DNA of 64,000 nt from Octopus bimaculoides (taxonomy: Eukaryota), in NCBI RefSeq assembly GCF_001194135.2, contig NC_068985.1, positions 9,843,520 through 9,907,519 on the forward strand, given 5' to 3'. The translations under genes and the position numbers were made by a program. The notes under the pieces are model-generated. The model was not told the DNA's origin, did not search any database, and worked only from the letters and a program-made list of their open reading frames with translations. How positions within the stretch are numbered: position 1 is the first letter of the stretch; each line of letters begins with the position of its first letter. This document shows positions 60,950-64,000 of this stretch, one piece after another.

Positions 60950-62670
60950 GCATGTGCCGCTGGACTGTGCCGTAGCAAAATGGAAGGTAGGTCTGGTGAG
61001 ATTGATGAAATGCTATAGAGCAAAGGGATGTAGATATGTGCAAGAGAGGTACAAGGGAGGAGAGCCTCAGCTAGACTGCTCTTGAGCAAGGAACATAGAT
61101 ATAAATTCTTCTGGGTTGGCAGTAGAGGTATACTTTTGGAAGGAAAATGGATTGATAAGATGATCAGAGGAGTCGGAGTATGTGATAGGATTGTTAAACT
61201 AAGATTAGTCTTAAATAATGTAACAGTGACATTTATTTCAGAAATATAACATCAGTGGTGCTTCTCTCGGGCACAATCCCAAACTACATCTCATCTAAAC
61301 TAACTCTCTCCCTAATTAGCTGGGCTATGACCCTCTCCAAGACTTTCAACAATTGATCCAACTGCTTCATGCTTCTGTAATTATTTCTATCTAAGGCGTC
61401 ACCTTTACCTTTGTAGCAGTTGACTATAATGCAACTACACAAGTCATTGGATATGACTCCTTCATGAATCACCTGGTTAATTATACAGGTAACTATACCA
61501 CAGCCTACACCACCAGATACTTTAAGCATCTCGGCGGTGATTCCGGATGGTCTGGGGTTTTTCCCTGTCTTCATAGCTTTAATTGCTTTATCTACCAAGG
61601 TACTGTCAATTTGAATAGCTGGTCCCTCAGTTGGGTCAACATTTGGCAGGCTCTCTTTCTCCCATTCATTAATCAGCAATAAATCTGGTGGACACGCAAG
61701 CCAAATTGATTACATTCTCACCAGAAAACAGAATAGGAAGGTGCTTGAGAATGTACAACTCAACATTGGTTAGTAGTTAGTAACTTCAGACTTAAGGACT
61801 CAGACACAACCAGCTTCAAAAGGGAAGATATGAAGGCTTAAAGATCTCTTAAACAGTTAGAAATTCAGAGAAATACAAGTTGAAGTACTGGATGATGGAA
61901 AAGGAGGTCATGTCAAATAGCATAGAGGACAACTAGAAGTTTTTAAGAGATAACCTGCGAGGGCTACAAGCCCAAATCTGTGGCCGGAGCAAAGTTTCAG
62001 CTCAATTCAGGATGACATGGTGGTGGAACAGTGCAGTAGAAAGTACCATAAAAACAAAAAGAGAGTCTTAAAAAGACTGGGAAAATGGAGTCAGCAATGA
62101 ATTATGTCAGGTAGTTAGGAGAGAAGCTAGGTAACAGGGTTATTTAGCATGGGGAAAAGCAGAAAGGAAGAGGTTTACCAATGTCTTACAGCATGAGGAC
62201 AAGAGGACTGAGGTGTTCTAGATTACAAGACAATGTCTCAGAGAGAACTGAGATTTCGAAAGAAGTATGGATGGATAATGGTATGCTTGTATTTTAGTGA
62301 TTCTGAAAAGAAAGAGACAATGAAGTGCTACTATGTAAAGTTATTAAATGTGGAGAGTGCACAAGAGAAAAAGACTCTTCCAAATGTGAATCCAACAGAG
62401 GGACCAGTTAACCTAGTTGACAGCAGCAGGATAGATAAGGCAATTAAGGATATGAAGTTAAGGAAAGCCCCTGGTTCATCAGGAATTACCACTGAGATGC
62501 TTAAAATATCTGGCATAGGAGGATACAACTTAGCTGTATATTCGTTCAGGCTATACAAGAAGGTGCCATGTCCAATGACTGGTTTAGCAGCATTACGGTT
62601 AGCTGTTACAAGGGGAAGCCTTAAATAGAATTACAGAAATATCAAATTATTGGATCAAGACATGAAGTTA
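60950..62670 (+). mobile_element. RTE-clade LINE, degenerate endonuclease to RT start, with an inverted internal segment at about 61250-61680
   Basis: Plus strand: YKFFWVG..DRIVKLRLVL..SGGHASQIDYILTRK..LPNVNPTEGP..KAPGSSGITTEMLK. Minus ORF 61284..61679 encodes LPNVDPTEGP..RNNYRSMKQLDQLLKVLERVI. Confidence 0.8.
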
Positions 62671-63525
62671 TAACCAATGCCATTATCATTTAATATCAGC
62701 TTCCCATGCTATCATAGGTTTGACAAGTCATCACTACCCGAGTCAATCCTTATTCAAACTTACTGACTGGTTTGAGGGTCACACAATTTCTTATACATTT
62801 CATTTTTGGCTGGTTTCTACAGCTGGATGCCCTTCATATTGCCAACCACTTCACAGAATACACTAACTACCTCCTCTCATGACACCAACACTAAAGAAGT
62901 CGTAATGTCTTCAATATTCTCATACATAGATAGTTTTACGTGCTTGCAATGGTTGAGAGATAGTTATCAGGTGCAGTCCTTTTCAAAGGGAAGGCACAAG
63001 GTCAGAATGGAATCCATTTACAGGAGAAAAGGGCCAAATAACATTATTTAAAAGGGCGCACTTCTTTTCCGGAGGAGGGGGTACGTGCCCCTCAGCACCC
63101 TCTCCTTGGGTCCAACCCCTGGTTATAACTGGTGACGTACTTGTTTGAAAGACGGTGAGAGCTCATTCTATCAGTCACTATTCAAACTACACGAGAGAAA
63201 ACAACACAGCATTTATCAGTCTCATTTCTGGTTGTTTTAAGAAAACATTATTTATTTAACTTGTCGATCTCTCAGCATTGGTCTAAAGAGTGTCGGTATA
63301 TGGAGACATGTCATTCACTTTATTTTCAGCCTGGCCTCTTTATCTGTCTTTAGGGAAGGTTGTATGGATGAACGACAGCGTGTACCAATACCGAAGGATT
63401 GCCTTTAATTTTATTACAGAATGGATATAGAACCAGAAAGACGAGAAAAACTAAGAACACGTATGAATGACAGAAGACGATTAAAAATAGAGATGAAAGA
63501 GAGAGAGAGAGAGAGNNNNNNNNNN

Positions 63526-63570
<45 letters not shown>

Positions 63571-64000
63571 AAGACTAAAAGAGAAAGTTTAAAAAATGAA
63601 CAGAGTGAGAAAAACACTGATCGAATGGATGAATATTAAGCAGATCAATAAATAGATATGTAATAAATGGGCAGATCAAAAGAAAATAAGGGATAAATAT
63701 ATAAATAAAATCGAAGAGATCCAAAGAAGAAGAAAGGAAAAGGAAGAACAAGTTCGAGAAACGAGGTGTATAAACATATAGAAAAAGATAAACATATATA
63801 AAGAGATTGCATGGAAACTAATTTTAGTTCAACAGTTTCAAAACAACAGAAAACAAGCCAACGGGGAGGGCTCTACATGGTGCTCGACCTGCTAGAAATG
63901 GATGGTAAATCACCTCAAATCCAATAAAACCATAAGTAAAATGTCTTTTTTGTCATTGGACTGCGACCCCTGCTGGGTCACCACCTTCGCGTGAGCCAAC

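Overview
Eukaryotic, AT-rich, repeat-dense animal DNA with five N gaps. The SINE/LINE/microsatellite landscape resembles a cephalopod, probably Octopus; this is inference, not shown. Three protein genes are supported. FNTB (minus, 18265-19584) and KAT5/Tip60 (plus, 32400-33881) each have an intronless CDS. An INTS15/C7orf26 orthologue (minus, 45792-57078) was rebuilt by hand from six GT-AG exons that the ORF track mostly misses. The rest is tRNA-derived SINEs, RTE-, CR1- and RLE-type LINE fragments, Penelope-like remnants, mariner/hAT MITEs and microsatellites. The most striking signal is a set of minimal type I hammerhead ribozyme motifs from at least five unrelated carrier families. One canonical motif sits in a 339-nt terminally redundant retrozyme-like unit (4887-4942). 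One family combines a tRNA-type Pol III promoter with a hammerhead (40123-40380, 16530-16790). Two motifs lie on opposite arms of a 390-bp palindrome (12643-13034). Further variants occur at 26101-26162, 54626-54661 and at a gap edge (15501-15530). All folds were checked by eye only; no database search or activity test was possible.
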